Source: the human T2T-CHM13v2.0 reference genome, Homo sapiens
NCBI RefSeq assembly: GCF_009914755.1
Contig: NC_060946.1
Strand: one strand, 5' to 3'
DNA: 64,000 nt
How positions within the stretch are numbered: position 1 is the first letter of the stretch; every line of letters starts with the position of its first letter. Shown here piece after piece: positions 59,801 through 64,000 of this stretch. The position numbers and the translations under genes are program-made. The notes under the pieces were generated by a model. The model was not told the origin of the DNA. It did not search any database and worked only from the letters and a program-made list of their open reading frames with translations.

Positions 59801-62021
59801 TCTTTGATTGAGAAGTTTTTAAACACCCTTTTTGTAGAATCTGCAAGTGGATATTTTACATCATTTGCGACCTTTATTAGAAAAGGAAATATCTTCACAT
59901 AAATACTAGACAGAAGCATTCTGAAAAATTTCTTGGTGATGTGTGCATTCATCTCACAGAGTTAAAACTTTCTTTTAATTAAGCAGTTTTGAAACACACT
60001 TTTTGTAGTATCTGCAACTGGATATTTGGAGTGCTTTGAGGCCTATGGTGGAAAATTAAATGTCATCACATAAAAAGTAAACAGAAGCATTCCGAGAAAC
60101 TTCTTTGTGATGTGTGCATTCATCTCACAGTGTTGAAACTTTCTTTTGATTGAGCAGTTTTGAAACACTCTTTTTGTAGGATCTGCAAGTGGATATTTGG
60201 AGCGATTGGTGGCCTATGATGGAAACAGAAATATCTTCACATAAAAACTAGACAGAAGCATTCTGGGAAACTTCTTTTTGATGTGTGCGTTCATCTCACA
60301 GAGTTGAACCATTCTTTAGATTGAGCAGTTTTCAATCAGTCCTTTTGTAGAATCTGCAAAGGAATATTTCTGAGCCCTTTGTGGCCTCTAGAGAAACTAA
60401 AAGTAATTTCACATAAAAACTAGACAGAAACTTTCTGAGAAACTTCTTTGTGATGTGTGCCTTCTTCTTACAGAGCTGAAACTTCCTTTTGATTGAGCAG
60501 TTTGGATACAGTCTTTTTGTAGAATCTGCAAATGGATATTTGGAGTGCTTTGCAGCCGCTGGTGGAAAAGGGAATATCTTCACATAAAAACTAGAGAGAA
60601 GCATTCTGAGAAACTTCTTTGAGATGTGTGCATTCAGCTCACAGAGTTGGACCTATCTTTTTATGGAGCACTTTGGAAACTTTCTTTTTGTAGCATCTAC
60701 AAATGTATATTTGGAGCACTTAGAGGCCTATATTTGAAAAGGAAATATCTTCACATAAAATCTTGACAGAAGCATTCTGAGAAACTTCGTGATGTTTGCA
60801 TTCATCTGGGAGAGTTGAACTACTCTTTTTATTGAGCAGTTTGGAAACAGTCTTTTTGTAGTATCTGCATGTGGATATTTGGAGCACTTTGTGGCCTATG
60901 GTGGAAAAGGAAATATCTTCACATAAAAACTAGATGGAAGCATTCTGAGAAACTTCTTTGTGATGTGTGCATTCATCTCACAGTGTTGAAATTTCTTTTC
61001 ATTAAACAGTTTTGAAACACTCTTTTTGTAAAATCTTCAAGTGGATATTTGCAGAGCTTTGAGGCCTAAAGTGGAAAAGGTAATATCTTCACATAAAACC
61101 TAGACAGAAGCATTCTGAGAAACTTCTTTGTGATTTGTGCATTCAACTCACAGAGTTAAACCTTTCTTTGGATTGAGCAGTTTTGAAACACACTTTTTGT
61201 AGAATCTGCAATGGATATTTGAGCTCTTTGAGGCCTAAGGTGGAAAAGGAACTATCTTCACTTAAAAACTAGACAGAAGCATTCTGAGAAAATTCTTTGT
61301 GATATGTGCATTCAACTCACAGAGTTGAATGTTTCCATTGATTCAGCAGTTTGGAAAAAGGCTTTTTGTAGAATCTGCAATTGGATTCTTGGAGCGCATT
61401 GAGGCCTATGGTGGAAAAGGAAATAACTTCACATAAAAACTACAGAGAAGCATTCTGACAAACTTCTTTGTGATGTATGTATTCAACTCTCAGAGTTCAA
61501 AGTTTCTTTTGATTGAGCAGTTTGGAAACAGTGTTTTTCTAGTATCTGCAAATGTATATTTGGAGTGCTTTGAGGCTCATGGTGGAAAAGGAAATATCTT
61601 CACATAAAAACTAGACAAGAGCACTCTGAGAAACTTCTTTGTGATATGTGCATTGAACTCACATAGCTAAACCTTTCTTTTCATTGAGCAGTTTTGATAC
61701 CCTCTTTTTACAGAATCTTCAAGTGGATATTTGGAGCACTTTGTGGCCTCTACTGGAAACGGAAATATCTTCACATAAAAACTGGACAGAAGCATTCTGA
61801 GAACCTTCTTTTTGATGGATGCATTCATCTCACTGAGTTGAACGTTTCTTTTGACTCAGCAATTTTGAAAAACTCTTTTTGTAGAATCTGCAACTGGATA
61901 TTTTAGCACTTTGAGGCCTATGTTCAAAAGGAAATATCTTCACATAAAAACTACACAGAACCATTCTGAGAACGTTCATTGTGATATGTGCATTCCTATC
62001 ACAGAATTGAACTTTTCTTTT
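56849..62021 (+). repeat. Alpha satellite, A-type-only monomeric layer (probably older, SF4-or-older-like), no CENP-B boxes
   Basis: All boxes are GGCCTATGGTGGAAAAGGAAAT-like. GATTGAGCAG, CATTCTGAGAAAC and CATTCATCTC largely replace GATAGAGCAG, CATTCTCAGAAAC and CATTCAACTC. Confidence 0.9.

Positions 62022-64000
<1,979 letters not shown>

Overview
This window is human or great-ape pericentromeric heterochromatin with no cellular genes. 1-18449 is a divergent (CATTC/CACTC)n HSat3-type array built from a composite unit: about every 360 bp it carries the same 56-bp antisense AluJ 3'-end fragment, with nested repeat periods of ~0.3-0.7, 3-4.6 and 14.7 kb. At ~18446 it joins alpha satellite inside a CENP-B box. 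18446-53385 is divergent mixed A/B-type (SF5-like) alpha satellite with many intact CENP-B boxes. It switches strand at ~27918-27936, on the monomer's own TTCAACTC-nnn-GAGTTGAA hairpin, and holds a dead full-length L1PA2/young-L1PA3 (34607-40657, minus strand). A rearranged L1 composite (53386-56848) joins this layer to an A-type-only alpha layer (56849-62021), which contains the 3' part of a third L1 (62022-end). The main observations are the Alu-HSat3 composite satellite, two rearrangements centred on the same hairpin, and three L1 copies sharing private mutations (including an ORF2 stop) in patterns no single tree explains. I found no novel protein-coding system; the long ORFs in the track are satellite artefacts or L1 remnants. 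All comparisons were made by eye, and the L1, Alu and alpha consensus sequences were recalled, not aligned.
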